Part shown: piece by piece, positions 1-9,165 of the stretch
Layout of the letters: the number at the start of each line of letters is the position of its first letter
Numbering within the stretch: position 1 is the stretch's first letter
Source of the DNA: Candidatus Thorarchaeota archaeon
GTDB lineage: Archaea; Asgardarchaeota; Thorarchaeia; Thorarchaeales; Thorarchaeaceae
Direction of reading: 5' to 3'
DNA length: 32,000 nt
Assembly (NCBI GenBank): GCA_003345555.1
Contig: PRDJ01000067.1
Location: 1-32,000 of the forward strand
The notes under the pieces: model-generated
Database searches by the model: none
Told to the model about the DNA's origin: nothing
The model's input: only the letters and a program-made list of their open reading frames with translations
Made by a program: the position numbers and the translations under genes

Positions 1-154
1 TCTGGCCTTGTTCCGATAGGATACGAATGGATGGCCGCGGGATACTCAATAGGATGTCGTTTTTGAGATATTGATAATTCACGGCTTGAGAATAAAGCTT
101 TGGCGCAATCATTCTTACTAGCCTATGCCGCAATAGTCGAAAGGTATTGTTCAT
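1..154 (-). CDS. 5' part of a hypothetical protein running off the left edge (MNNTFRLLRHRLVRMIAPKLYSQAVNYQYLKNDILLSIPRPSIRILSEQGQ...)
   Basis: ATG at 154 preceded by AGGTGA SD with 7-nt spacing, overlapping the stop of the upstream gene. No stop before position 1, so it is absent from the ORF track. Function not assignable. Confidence 0.6.
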   Translation of the reverse strand, partial: MNNTFRLLRHRLVRMIAPKLYSQAVNYQYLKNDILLSIPRPSIRILSEQGQ

Positions 155-165
155 TTCTCAATCAC

Positions 166-321
166 CTAGTCTCTAGTTCTCTTTCTTCTCTTGGCTTCGT
201 TCAGCACGATCTCAGCCGTCTCCTCGAGACCTGCATTCGATAGCAAGCCAATGACGTCGCGAATGTGGTCTATAGCTCGTGTCTCAATGCTCAAGTCGAC
301 TTGAATTTCTGTCTGTGTCAT
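166..321 (-). CDS. Small hypothetical protein (51 aa, MTQTEIQVDLSIE...)
   Basis: SD GGGGGTGA upstream of ATG 321. The ATG overlaps the TGA of the TFB-like frame (ATGA coupling). Confidence 0.65.
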   Translation of the reverse strand: MTQTEIQVDLSIETRAIDHIRDVIGLLSNAGLEETAEIVLNEAKRRKRTRD

Positions 322-859
322 TGATTCACCCCCTCTAATTTGCGTTTCCAAAGCTCGCTGAAATGACCCCGAATCGTGTATTCTGCAATGCCTGCAGCTT
401 CGGTGATTGTCTTCTGTGTGAATGTGTGTTCACGCATTGCGTCAGTACAATGGACACAACTCGCAGCAAAGGCCGTCGGACGGGTCTCCAATTGGGCAGC
501 TCGAGATCACTTAGAAGCCTTCGTGCGTCTATCTCCAATTCTGCTAGGCATTCTATAGTGAGACCTCTTTCATATAGACGCTTGAGCACGGTCTCACTGG
601 CAAGCCGTGAGGATATCCTCGACAAATAGGTGACTGGATGAATGAGCGATACTGGCCCTAGCTTGGCGTTCGTTTTGAGTATTGCATCGTCGGGCTTACC
701 TTTTGTGATACGGGGAAATAAGATCCGAAGCTCGTGCTCATTGAGAGAGATATGCTGCTCTCGGCAAGCTCTCACTATAGCGACACTGACTAGAATGCCC
801 CTATCAGGAATTCCTTCGAGAAACTCACGAACGATCCTAGCGGCACGGTTGGTAAGTCC
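318..859 (-). pseudogene. Divergent TFB/TFIIB-like cyclin-repeat gene, 5'-truncated and frameshifted
   Basis: Frame A (859 to ~500) reads LTNRAARIVREFL...VRACREQ...HPVTYLSRISSRL...DARRLL. Frame B (506 to 318) reads RPTAFAASCVH...FTQKTITEAAGIAEYTIRGHFSELWKR. Together they align colinearly with both TFB cyclin repeats (AARLYRE, YAACR, KPTDYV, P-GLVAAALY, TQREVAEVA-VTEVTVRNRYKEL). In-frame TAA at 862-860 with no start codon and no Zn ribbon. Confidence 0.75.
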
Positions 860-940
860 TTAATTCCGAACGTGTTACGTGATGGGTGCGTTTATACGCA
901 GGTCGTATCTCGCCGCTTCACCATTGGGTGCGGCTCAACC

Positions 941-1909
941 ATGGCATCTGCATCGACCAAAGACTACACCTTCCTCATATTGACTATGTTCTTCTGGGGA
1001 GGATCGTGGGTCTCTGGCAAGATCATAGTGACAACGGCGCCGGCTTTCACGATTGGGTTCCTCCGTTTCCTTCTTGCTAGTATCCTCCTCGTACCAGCAG
1101 CTTTCTTGTCCAATTCGCACAGGTCGAACGGTATCACACGGCACACTCTGATGCAATACGCCGCGATGGGATTCATCGGCATATTTGGCTACGGCATATT
1201 CTTCCTGACGGGTATGAGGTTTACGACGGCGGCTCAGGGATCGATTATTGCAGGAATAAACCCGGCTTCGGTGAGTCTTTGGGCCCACGTCGTTCATAAA
1301 GAGCGCCTCGACAGAAAGTGGAAGTACGGGGGTTTCGCTCTGAGTTTCCTTGGAGTTCTCTTCGTGATTGGGATCCACGCACTAATCGACTACCAACCAG
1401 ACTACATTATTGGTAACTTACTGATTCTCTGTGCTATGATGACGTGGGGCGCATATTCGACGATAGGAAAGAGCGCAATGAAGGTCAGTTCACCACTACA
1501 GACGACCGCAGGCAGTGTTGTATTCGGAACTCTGTTTTTCTCAATAGGAGCGATCTTCGAGGGCTTTTGGGCTCTCCCTGCGATGACTGACATGGTCTTT
1601 TGGACAAATGCGTTGTTTCTTGCAGTGCCTGTAACATTCCTTTCGTACATATTCTACTTCAGTGCAATCAATGATATCGGAGCAACGAGGTCCGCTGTGT
1701 TCATCAATCTGGTTCCAGTGTTTGGCGTGTTGTTGTCTCTTCTTATCCTTCAGGAAGCAATCTACTGGACGTTTGCAGTTGGCCTCATTCTTGTTGTCAC
1801 GGGCATAGCGATTATCAATTTCCCGGTGAAGAAGGGCATCGTGGCTGGCTCTGACTCCAATTCTGCCAATCGTGCGACACCTGAGACAGAAGCGCGGCTT
1901 TCCGCCTAG
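941..1909 (+). CDS. EamA/DMT-family transporter (about 10 TM)
   Basis: FFWGGSW, LRFLLA, GSIIAGINP repeat pattern and IGATRSAVFINLVPVFG. Start moved to ATG 941. Confidence 0.9.
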   Translation: MASASTKDYTFLILTMFFWGGSWVSGKIIVTTAPAFTIGFLRFLLASILLVPAAFLSNSHRSNGITRHTLMQYAAMGFIGIFGYGIFFLTGMRFTTAAQGSIIAGINPASVSLWAHVVHKERLDRKWKYGGFALSFLGVLFVIGIHALIDYQPDYIIGNLLILCAMMTWGAYSTIGKSAMKVSSPLQTTAGSVVFGTLFFSIGAIFEGFWALPAMTDMVFWTNALFLAVPVTFLSYIFYFSAINDIGATRSAVFINLVPVFGVLLSLLILQEAIYWTFAVGLILVVTGIAIINFPVKKGIVAGSDSNSANRATPETEARLSA

Positions 1910-1959
1910 TCGGCGACCGGGGAGTAAGCTTTTGAGTTTCCACTCTTGAATCTTGAACT

Positions 1960-2925
1960 GTGATTTCTCTTCAGGACATTGCATCGGCCTATGACAGAAT
2001 CAAGGATGCGGCTACGAAGACGCCCGTGATGACGTCGCGTACCGTGAATCAAATGGCTCACTGCAAGGTTTTCTTCAAGTGTGAGAACTTCCAGCGCGCC
2101 GGAGCTTTCAAGTTCAGAGGCGCGTTCAATGCTGTATCGCAGCTTGATGATGGTGAGAAGAGACGAGGAGTGATAACGCACTCATCCGGTAATCATGCGC
2201 AAGCACTGGCCTTGGCTTCTTCGATATTGGGAATCAAATCTGTTGTCGTAATGCCACGCAACTCATCGAAGGTGAAGGTTGAGGCCACACGAGGGTATGG
2301 TGCAGAAGTAGTTCTCTGTGAACCGACCCTCGAATCACGTACGTCCACGGCTCAAAATCTAATCGCCGAACATGGCTACGTAATGATTCACCCATATAAC
2401 GACGAGAGGATAATCGCTGGTGCTGGGACTGCAGCGTTCGAACTCATACAGGAGGTGGGACCTCTGGACTGCATGCTCACGCCTGTCGGAGGCGGAGGTC
2501 TACTAAGCGGGACATCCATCGCAACAAAGGGCCTGTGCCCGGAAGCGAAGGTAATCGGGGCCGAACCAAAGAATGCAGATGATGCGGCGCGCTCATTCAA
2601 GACGAAGACGCTGCAGCAAAGCGTGAAACCTAGAACGATTGCGGACGGTCTGAGAACATCACTAGGGGACATCACTTTCCGAATAATCCTAGAGAACGCT
2701 GACGACATCGTCACGGTCTCTGAGAATGAGATTCTCGCGGCGATGAAGATTCTGTGGGAGCGTATGAAACTTGTCGTTGAACCGTCAGCTGCAGTCCCTC
2801 TTGCTGCTCTCCTATCAATCGGAGGTTCATTTAGAGAGAGTAAGGTTGGGATCATTCTGAGTGGCGGCAATCTGGAACTGGATGGTCTATTCCGAGAGTA
2901 TGAGCAGACCATAGCGAGAGAATGA
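1960..2925 (+). CDS. PLP-dependent serine/threonine dehydratase, serine-racemase-like short form (no ACT domain)
   Basis: FKCENFQRAGAFKFRG (PLP Lys), HSSGNHAQ, PVGGGGL, EPKNADD, TIADG, EPSAA, SGGN. Confidence 0.9.
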   Translation: MISLQDIASAYDRIKDAATKTPVMTSRTVNQMAHCKVFFKCENFQRAGAFKFRGAFNAVSQLDDGEKRRGVITHSSGNHAQALALASSILGIKSVVVMPRNSSKVKVEATRGYGAEVVLCEPTLESRTSTAQNLIAEHGYVMIHPYNDERIIAGAGTAAFELIQEVGPLDCMLTPVGGGGLLSGTSIATKGLCPEAKVIGAEPKNADDAARSFKTKTLQQSVKPRTIADGLRTSLGDITFRIILENADDIVTVSENEILAAMKILWERMKLVVEPSAAVPLAALLSIGGSFRESKVGIILSGGNLELDGLFREYEQTIARE

Positions 2926-3021
2926 GCCGTCTCCCCGGGCCGCCGGTCTTCGAGATTCCTTACCAAACGCATGTCAGCACGATAAGTAGAATCATTAAGG
3001 AGCAAGATGACCATCTTGTGT

Positions 3022-3552
3022 ATGGCTCGCAAGGTACTCATATGTTATGGCACTCGTTATGGATCTACAGCAGAAGTGGCCCAAGAGATAGGTAAGACAA
3101 TCCGAGAGCTTGGGGCGACAGCAGACATCCTCAACTTGAAAGAGACAAAGGTTCAGCCTGCTGGCTATGACCTCATCATAATAGGAAGTGGAATCCAAGC
3201 TGGGAAGTGGACAAGAGAACCGCTCGAATTCATAACCCGGAATAGAGATGCGCTTGCAGATACGAAAGTAGCCCTTTTCGTAGTGTGCGCTAGTGCTGGT
3301 TCACCAGACCAGTGCGACACGGCACAGACGAAATACCTCGACAAGATTGTCAGCTCATATCCCTATCTTCACATTGTCTCCACTGGGCTGTTCGGTGGTG
3401 TCTTCGATTTCAAGAAATACAGTGCTCCGGTCCGTATGTTGGTAAAGAGTATTGTCAAGAAGCAGACAGAAGATGACAACTTGCCAGAGAGAATTGACAT
3501 GCGCGACTGGGACAAGGTCCGTTCATGGGCCAGGTCAGTTATGCAGTTGTAG
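3022..3552 (+). CDS. Flavodoxin-fold protein (HemG/Flavodoxin_5-like)
   Basis: YGTRYGSTAEVA, YDLIIIGSGIQAGKW, FGG, DMRDWDKVRSWA. Start moved to ATG 3022. Confidence 0.85.
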   Translation: MARKVLICYGTRYGSTAEVAQEIGKTIRELGATADILNLKETKVQPAGYDLIIIGSGIQAGKWTREPLEFITRNRDALADTKVALFVVCASAGSPDQCDTAQTKYLDKIVSSYPYLHIVSTGLFGGVFDFKKYSAPVRMLVKSIVKKQTEDDNLPERIDMRDWDKVRSWARSVMQL

Positions 3553-3607
3553 AGCTAGACCTGCCTCTGCCGGCAGGTTCATGACTCGCGCATTGTGAGC
3601 TTCTGTT

Positions 3608-4342
3608 ATGCCAAAGACTCCTAAGAGGGTCCTCGCCAATAATGAACCAAAAGTGGTAATCACAAAGGATGGTCCATATCTCGTATCAGGCCGCATCCCA
3701 CTCATCAAGGAAGTCGCAATTATAGGCAAAGATGGCCAACCTGAGAGATGGGGGATCACATCTAGATATCCACAGCAGGAAGACTATGCATTATGCCGAT
3801 GCGGCGAATCACGAAACATGCCCTTCTGCGATGGAACGCACGTAACCATACGATTCGATGGCAAAGAGACTGCTGGCAAGAAAACCTACCTTGAGAGTGC
3901 CAGCAAGATTACAGGTCCCACGATTGATCTGACGGATGAACAGGACTTGTGTGCAGGAGCAAGATTTTGTCACAAATCAGGAGGCACGTGGGCGAATGTA
4001 AGAAAGTCTGACAACCCCAAGGCGAGAGAAGATGCGGTAGTCTCCGCGGGCAATTGCTCTGCCGGGCGACTAGTCGTTTGGGATAAGGCGACTGGAAAAC
4101 CGATAGAACCCGCTTTCGAGCCCACGATCAGTTTGACTGAGGATCCAGAGAGGGGAGTAAGCGGGCCAATATGGTTGAAAGGATGCATATCTTTTGAGTC
4201 TGCAGACGGTCGCAAGTATGAGACAAGAAACCGCGTGACCCTCTGCAGGTGCGGGAAGTCGAGGAACAAACCGTTCTGTGATGGAAGTCATGTTTCAGTA
4301 AAGTTCAACGATGGCGATGAATCTCTCAAGGCCAAGCCTTGA
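3608..4342 (+). CDS. CDGSH iron-sulfur protein: CDGSH - divergent ferredoxin-like - CDGSH
   Basis: LCRCGESRNMPFCDGTH and LCRCGKSRNKPFCDGSH, with central LCAGARFC...NCSAGRL. Confidence 0.9.
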   Translation: MPKTPKRVLANNEPKVVITKDGPYLVSGRIPLIKEVAIIGKDGQPERWGITSRYPQQEDYALCRCGESRNMPFCDGTHVTIRFDGKETAGKKTYLESASKITGPTIDLTDEQDLCAGARFCHKSGGTWANVRKSDNPKAREDAVVSAGNCSAGRLVVWDKATGKPIEPAFEPTISLTEDPERGVSGPIWLKGCISFESADGRKYETRNRVTLCRCGKSRNKPFCDGSHVSVKFNDGDESLKAKP

Positions 4343-4406
4343 AGAAGAGCCTCAAGATTCTGGGCGTCTGACTTCATGGATTGACTACGAAGAGCCCTCA
4401 AGTGTC

Positions 4407-5012
4407 TCATGAATCGTCTAGGTAGCCTTTGGCGACGGAATTGTCTATCAGGCCCTTGGCGTAAGCCCACAATCTCTTGGACGCCTTCTCAACATGCTTG
4501 TTCCGTTGAAGGACCTGTGATTTCTTGATGCCATGGACCCTCCATGCGTGGCCTTCGGTATTGTAATTCAGAAGAAGCGGCTGCAACCTGTCCAAGGCCG
4601 CGGCGTAGCGCGCCTCCGCTGTCTTCATTTCAACGAACTCATCCCACAAAGCGTGCAGTTCTTTCGCCTGGTCTGAAGGAAGAATCGCGAAGACTTTGTC
4701 TGCGGCGCCGTTCTCTCTCTTGACTTGGTCCTTTACTCCCTCCACGTCATAACAGAATGTGTCTCCCGCGAATATCTCAACAAGGTCATGTATGAGTAGC
4801 ATCTTCATTACTTTGAGAAGACTAACATCCTTATCGTCAAGATGCTCAAAGAGAACGAGGGACATTAATGCAAGATGCCATGAGTGCTCCGCATCATTCT
4901 CTTGACGACGAGTCCGAGTAAGAACAGTCTGTCTGAGCACTTCCTTGAGTTGGTCTGCGAGTACAAGGAAGTCAATCTGCCGGGAGAGCCGTTCCGATGA
5001 AGCATCAGTCAA
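4407..5012 (-). CDS. HD-domain phosphohydrolase (YfbR/HDDC2-like)
   Basis: ENDAEHSWHLA, IHDLVEIFAGD, AALDRLQP. Start likely TTG 5012 (or 5030). The long upstream extension in the ORF track overlaps dinB and is rejected. Confidence 0.85.
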   Translation of the reverse strand: MTDASSERLSRQIDFLVLADQLKEVLRQTVLTRTRRQENDAEHSWHLALMSLVLFEHLDDKDVSLLKVMKMLLIHDLVEIFAGDTFCYDVEGVKDQVKRENGAADKVFAILPSDQAKELHALWDEFVEMKTAEARYAAALDRLQPLLLNYNTEGHAWRVHGIKKSQVLQRNKHVEKASKRLWAYAKGLIDNSVAKGYLDDS

Positions 5013-5207
5013 TCTGGTCTTTGCCTCCAATCCGAACAGGCGGAGCCTTCCAAGACCTACTTGAAGCCTTCTGTTTGGACCCTTGCAGCAAACAACACTG
5101 TGATTAGCTTCGGACCTCTCTCCCCTACGGATTAGTATCTTTGGCAGCAGTGTGTGTGCCCTGAATATCGAAGCGCACTTGTGCAACGCATATGCCGGCC
5201 GCACGCG

Positions 5208-6308
5208 ATGGATTGCTGGATTATGCATGTGGATATGGATGCCTTCTTTGCATCCGTAGAGCAGTTCAGGGTTCACCCAGAGACACAGGGACTACCTGTC
5301 TGTGTAGGTCCAGATCCTAAGCGCGGCTTCAGAGGCGTGGTCCGGTCAGCGTCATACGAAGCCAGAGCTTATGGCGTCAAGTCAGGAATGCCAGTCTCAG
5401 CTGCCTCCAGACTCTGTCCTACTGCTGTATTTGTGAGCAGTGACTTCTCGAACTACGTCAATGCTTCCGACGAAATGATACAAATACTGAGGGAATATGC
5501 GGATGGCGGTCGAGTAAGAAAAGCCAGTATTGACGAAGCGTACATAGAAGTTACAGAAAAGGTTGCCAAGTACTCGAACCCTGTACAGCTAGCACATGAG
5601 ATACGAGGCAATATCAAGACCCGCACCAACCTCCCTTGTTCGGTTGGCATCGCGCCCAACATGGCTGTCGCGAAAGTGGCGACAGGACGCGGGAAACCCA
5701 ATGGGATTACGCTCGTGAGTCAAGGTGCAGACAGCGTGGCTAGGTTCCTTGCACCTCTCAGCGTACGGGTGGTCAGCGGAGTAGGACAGAAAACGGGCGA
5801 GCGGCTTCATGCTTTCGGCATCGAGACGCTGGGTCAAGTGCAACGAATGTCCGTCGCCGACCTGTGGCCGATCATGGGCAGGGCATCAAGCTGGCTGCAT
5901 CAAATGTCTCTAGGAATTGATGAGAGGCCGCTTCTCGACAGCGGTCATCATATGAGAGGATCGATAAGCCATGACTCCACGTTCATGGAGGATGTGGACC
6001 CCGAGGCAATTGATGTCCTGTGTGGTACCCTCACTGATATGTGTACGAGAATCGCCGAGAAGACCAGATCGAAGGGATTGCTATTTCGAGTACTTACTGT
6101 TAAGATACGATACAGAGATTTCACAACGGTCCAAGCAAGCAGGTCCTTACCAGTAGGAACTGATAGCTCCCACGACTTATGTCGTGGAGTCCTCGACCTC
6201 TTCAACAAGAGACGCAGAATGGACTTGCCAATCCGCCTCCTCGGAGTCAAAGTGTCCGATCTCAGTGAAAAGGAAGATCAGACAACACTAACGCAGTTCT
6301 TCCGATGA
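5208..6308 (+). CDS. dinB: Y-family DNA polymerase IV with C-terminal PIP box
   Basis: HVDMDAFFASVE, SASYEAR, SIDEAY catalytic motifs. C-terminal QTTLTQFF matches QxxLxxFF. Confidence 0.95.
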   Translation: MDCWIMHVDMDAFFASVEQFRVHPETQGLPVCVGPDPKRGFRGVVRSASYEARAYGVKSGMPVSAASRLCPTAVFVSSDFSNYVNASDEMIQILREYADGGRVRKASIDEAYIEVTEKVAKYSNPVQLAHEIRGNIKTRTNLPCSVGIAPNMAVAKVATGRGKPNGITLVSQGADSVARFLAPLSVRVVSGVGQKTGERLHAFGIETLGQVQRMSVADLWPIMGRASSWLHQMSLGIDERPLLDSGHHMRGSISHDSTFMEDVDPEAIDVLCGTLTDMCTRIAEKTRSKGLLFRVLTVKIRYRDFTTVQASRSLPVGTDSSHDLCRGVLDLFNKRRRMDLPIRLLGVKVSDLSEKEDQTTLTQFFR

Positions 6309-6449
6309 CGTGATTGATGATTGGGTCGATCTGGAACGAAGACACAAGAATCCGCTGTACTCCTATACTTGAGCCAATGCCCTTATCTGGCGGTAACATA
6401 CGAAGTGAGGGACATCTGGTCAGTTTGAGTCCGAGTCGCGGGTGCTCAT

Positions 6450-7373
6450 ATGGTGCACGAACATGATGTGGTTCAGGGCATGACGGGTGAGGAACTCGTT
6501 GGCCTTGCTCGTGCGCTCAAGATTCCACTCACTAATCGAACGATTCCGAGAAGCCGGCTCTTGGATACAATCTTGAAGATTCTGGAGACTCTTGAGACAG
6601 CCGGAAGTAAGCCAAGTCTTCACTCTCCCGCCATCAAATTGCAGAGTGTCGACAAACGATTTGGCAACAAGTTCGCGATTCGCAACCTCAACCTGTCTAT
6701 CAAGCCAGGGGAAATCATCGGACTTGTGGGACCAAATGGTGCGGGAAAGACGACCACACTAAGAATCATAACCGGGATTATCGCTCCGTCGCGAGGTACT
6801 GTCGCGGTAGACGGATTCGACATGAAGAAGAAGCCCCTGCAGGCCAAGCAGAGAATCGGATACATACCAGAGCGTCCGACCTGCTACCAGAGTCTCAGAG
6901 TTAGGGAGTACCTGACTTTCGTTGCCCGTGTCTATGGAGTCCCCAAGCCAACCATGTTGATTAGGTTGAAGGAATACACGGAGCTGTTTCAACTGAAGCC
7001 GCTTCTCAGCAGCTTCATTGGAACGCTCTCAAGAGGCAATCTGCAAAGAATCTTACTGGCAGGAATCTTTGTGCGAGAGCCGCCCTATGTTCTAGCTCTT
7101 GACGAACCCATCTATGGCTTGGACCCCCGTGGAGCATGGATTCTGAAGAAGCTTGTGAGGAAGATCAGAGATGAGGGGTCATGTGCGGTCATATCCACGC
7201 ATACTCTTGAAATAGCGCAAGGGCTATGCGATAGATTCGTTATCATGAATGAGGGCGATGTCGTAGGCGAAGGGACCTTGGAGGAACTGCTGGCCCAGCA
7301 TAAGAGTGCACTCACTCTAGAGGAAGTGTTCCTCGAACTAACTGGGGGAATTCCAGAGGAACAGGGTGTGTAG
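6450..7373 (+). CDS. ABC-2-type exporter ATPase with ~60-aa N-terminal extension
   Basis: Walker A GPNGAGKT, signature LSRGNLQR, Walker B LALDEP, H-loop STH. Confidence 0.9.
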   Translation: MVHEHDVVQGMTGEELVGLARALKIPLTNRTIPRSRLLDTILKILETLETAGSKPSLHSPAIKLQSVDKRFGNKFAIRNLNLSIKPGEIIGLVGPNGAGKTTTLRIITGIIAPSRGTVAVDGFDMKKKPLQAKQRIGYIPERPTCYQSLRVREYLTFVARVYGVPKPTMLIRLKEYTELFQLKPLLSSFIGTLSRGNLQRILLAGIFVREPPYVLALDEPIYGLDPRGAWILKKLVRKIRDEGSCAVISTHTLEIAQGLCDRFVIMNEGDVVGEGTLEELLAQHKSALTLEEVFLELTGGIPEEQGV

Positions 7374-8955
7374 GTTGGTCACCACTTATATTGTCGTGAA
7401 GAACGAGCTACGTCAACTCCTGAATCACTTGTCTAGGACGATCAGGACACCGTCGCTACTGATTTTCTATGTCATCATGATCCTTGGTACCTACTTCGCT
7501 ATGACCGTCTTCGCCGCAATATACAGCTTTGCGACTCTGATAGGCGGCTTGTCGGATCTTCTGAAGGAGTTTGTAGAACCGGCAGTCGTGTTTTCGGCGA
7601 TGGGCCTATTCACTCTTTCCTCGGTCTTCTCGGGCTATATAGGCAGTGGGCCGTCCTCATCTCTTGAGACGGCCGACGAGTATGTAATCATGCCTGCACC
7701 GGTCAGGCCCCATCAGCTGCTTCTCGGCCGTTATGTCAGACGGCTCGTGCGCCGTATCTCTATTGCTGCAATAGTGCTTTTCACGCTCGCACCGGTGATC
7801 ATGACAGATTGGCCGCTTTTCATCCCCTTGTTGATGTTTGTTCTGTCAACGCTGCTTTTCTTTGAGTTCAACCATTTTCTTGGAGGAGTGACCTCTCAAC
7901 TGAAGACGAGAGTCAACGCGAGGACACGTAGCAGACTCCGATACATGACTCCTTTTGTCGTAGGAGTAGTAATGCTCTTGCCCACACTTGGCCAAGTTGT
8001 ACCCGACCCCAGTATCATACTCATCGTACCCTCCAATGTCTTCTCGATGCTGGTTCTAGGGCTCGCCGGTATCTACTACTCTGGCATAAGCGAAGAGGTG
8101 GCTATGATATTCCTAATCATGGGCTACTTCATAGGCCTTCTGACACTGGCTAACCTTTGCGATCAGAGCTTGTATGAATCTTTCTCGGCGGCGAACTCTG
8201 TCAAAGAATCCGAAAGTCGAGTTGGAAGGATAATTCACGGAAGCGTGGATTTCTCAGACAGCAGATTCAGTGATCCGATGGCATGGATAATAGTCAAGGA
8301 CTTCTGGAGCCGCATGCGCGCCCCCTTTCAGTTCTGGAAGTACGTCTACTTCGCTGTAGGCATGTCACTCGTCCTATGGTTGAACGTGGCTGAACCTCCA
8401 TGGATGGCGCCAGTGCGTATTCCTCCGCAGCTGAGTGTGTCGGCAGTCCCCGCGTTTCTAATAATGTTGGTTGTCTTGTGCCAGATTTCAAGCATGAATG
8501 CTATGGTCTCCTTCCTGGACGAGAAGGACAATGTCTACTTGCTAAAAGCGAGTCCCTTCAGGAGGACAGATATTGTGCTGGCAAAGTATCTGGGAAGTCT
8601 GCTCGAGGGCACGATATCCTTCTTGCCTATGTTAGGACTCTTTGTCTACTTCTTTCACCCGCAGGGTTCATTCGTGTATCTGCCCCTGGCCATCCCTCTT
8701 GTCATTCTGTTCAATGCCTCAGGAGTAATGATTGGTTCTTACGTGCCGGTTCTCACGAATGATCCGGAAAACGCGCCTATTGCGATGGTCTTCTCTTTCC
8801 CAACCATCAATCTTGTCATGGGAGCCGCTATTGTGATTGTAGTAAACACGTTCCTCAAGACCGAGTTCCTTCTTCTGGTGCTTCCTGTGGTTGTCACCCT
8901 TCTGGCGGCTCTCTTCCTTTGTCTATCAGTCATCGCACTTGGTTCGTTTAAGTGA
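7366..8955 (+). CDS. ABC exporter permease (two hydrophobic halves)
   Basis: Overlaps the ATPase stop. Many TM segments. PAPVRP..LLLGRY and SPFRRTDIVLAKY pseudo-repeat motifs. Confidence 0.75.
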   Translation: MCRLVTTYIVVKNELRQLLNHLSRTIRTPSLLIFYVIMILGTYFAMTVFAAIYSFATLIGGLSDLLKEFVEPAVVFSAMGLFTLSSVFSGYIGSGPSSSLETADEYVIMPAPVRPHQLLLGRYVRRLVRRISIAAIVLFTLAPVIMTDWPLFIPLLMFVLSTLLFFEFNHFLGGVTSQLKTRVNARTRSRLRYMTPFVVGVVMLLPTLGQVVPDPSIILIVPSNVFSMLVLGLAGIYYSGISEEVAMIFLIMGYFIGLLTLANLCDQSLYESFSAANSVKESESRVGRIIHGSVDFSDSRFSDPMAWIIVKDFWSRMRAPFQFWKYVYFAVGMSLVLWLNVAEPPWMAPVRIPPQLSVSAVPAFLIMLVVLCQISSMNAMVSFLDEKDNVYLLKASPFRRTDIVLAKYLGSLLEGTISFLPMLGLFVYFFHPQGSFVYLPLAIPLVILFNASGVMIGSYVPVLTNDPENAPIAMVFSFPTINLVMGAAIVIVVNTFLKTEFLLLVLPVVVTLLAALFLCLSVIALGSFK

Positions 8956-9165
8956 ATGAAGTGTCGGGCTTCGGCTATGATGAATCTCCACGCGTCTAGT
9001 TGTGACCAATGAGTTCCGACAAACAATGATTATACAGCCAAGCACAGAAATACAGTTGACCGGATGCATGTGCAGCTAGGGGTTGTAGACTCGGACCATT
9101 TCTCAGACGACCAAGATGGACGCGACAAATCCCTCGACTTGTGATCGGTAAGTGAAAGGACGGCT

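Noticed and set aside
363-629. Cys-rich plus-strand ORF resembling a Zn finger
   Set aside because: It is the antisense shadow of the TFB-like frames.
335-775. HELRILF...LG...Y read as a tyrosine-integrase box II
   Set aside because: The catalytic His positions are missing, and the colinear TFB match over both repeats explains the sequence far better.
5030-5276. Long N-terminal extensions of the HD and DinB ORFs, and short palindromes (GCATATGC, GCAC-TT-GTGC) as an SOS-like box
   Set aside because: The extensions overlap each other and lack family motifs. The palindromes are short enough to arise by chance.
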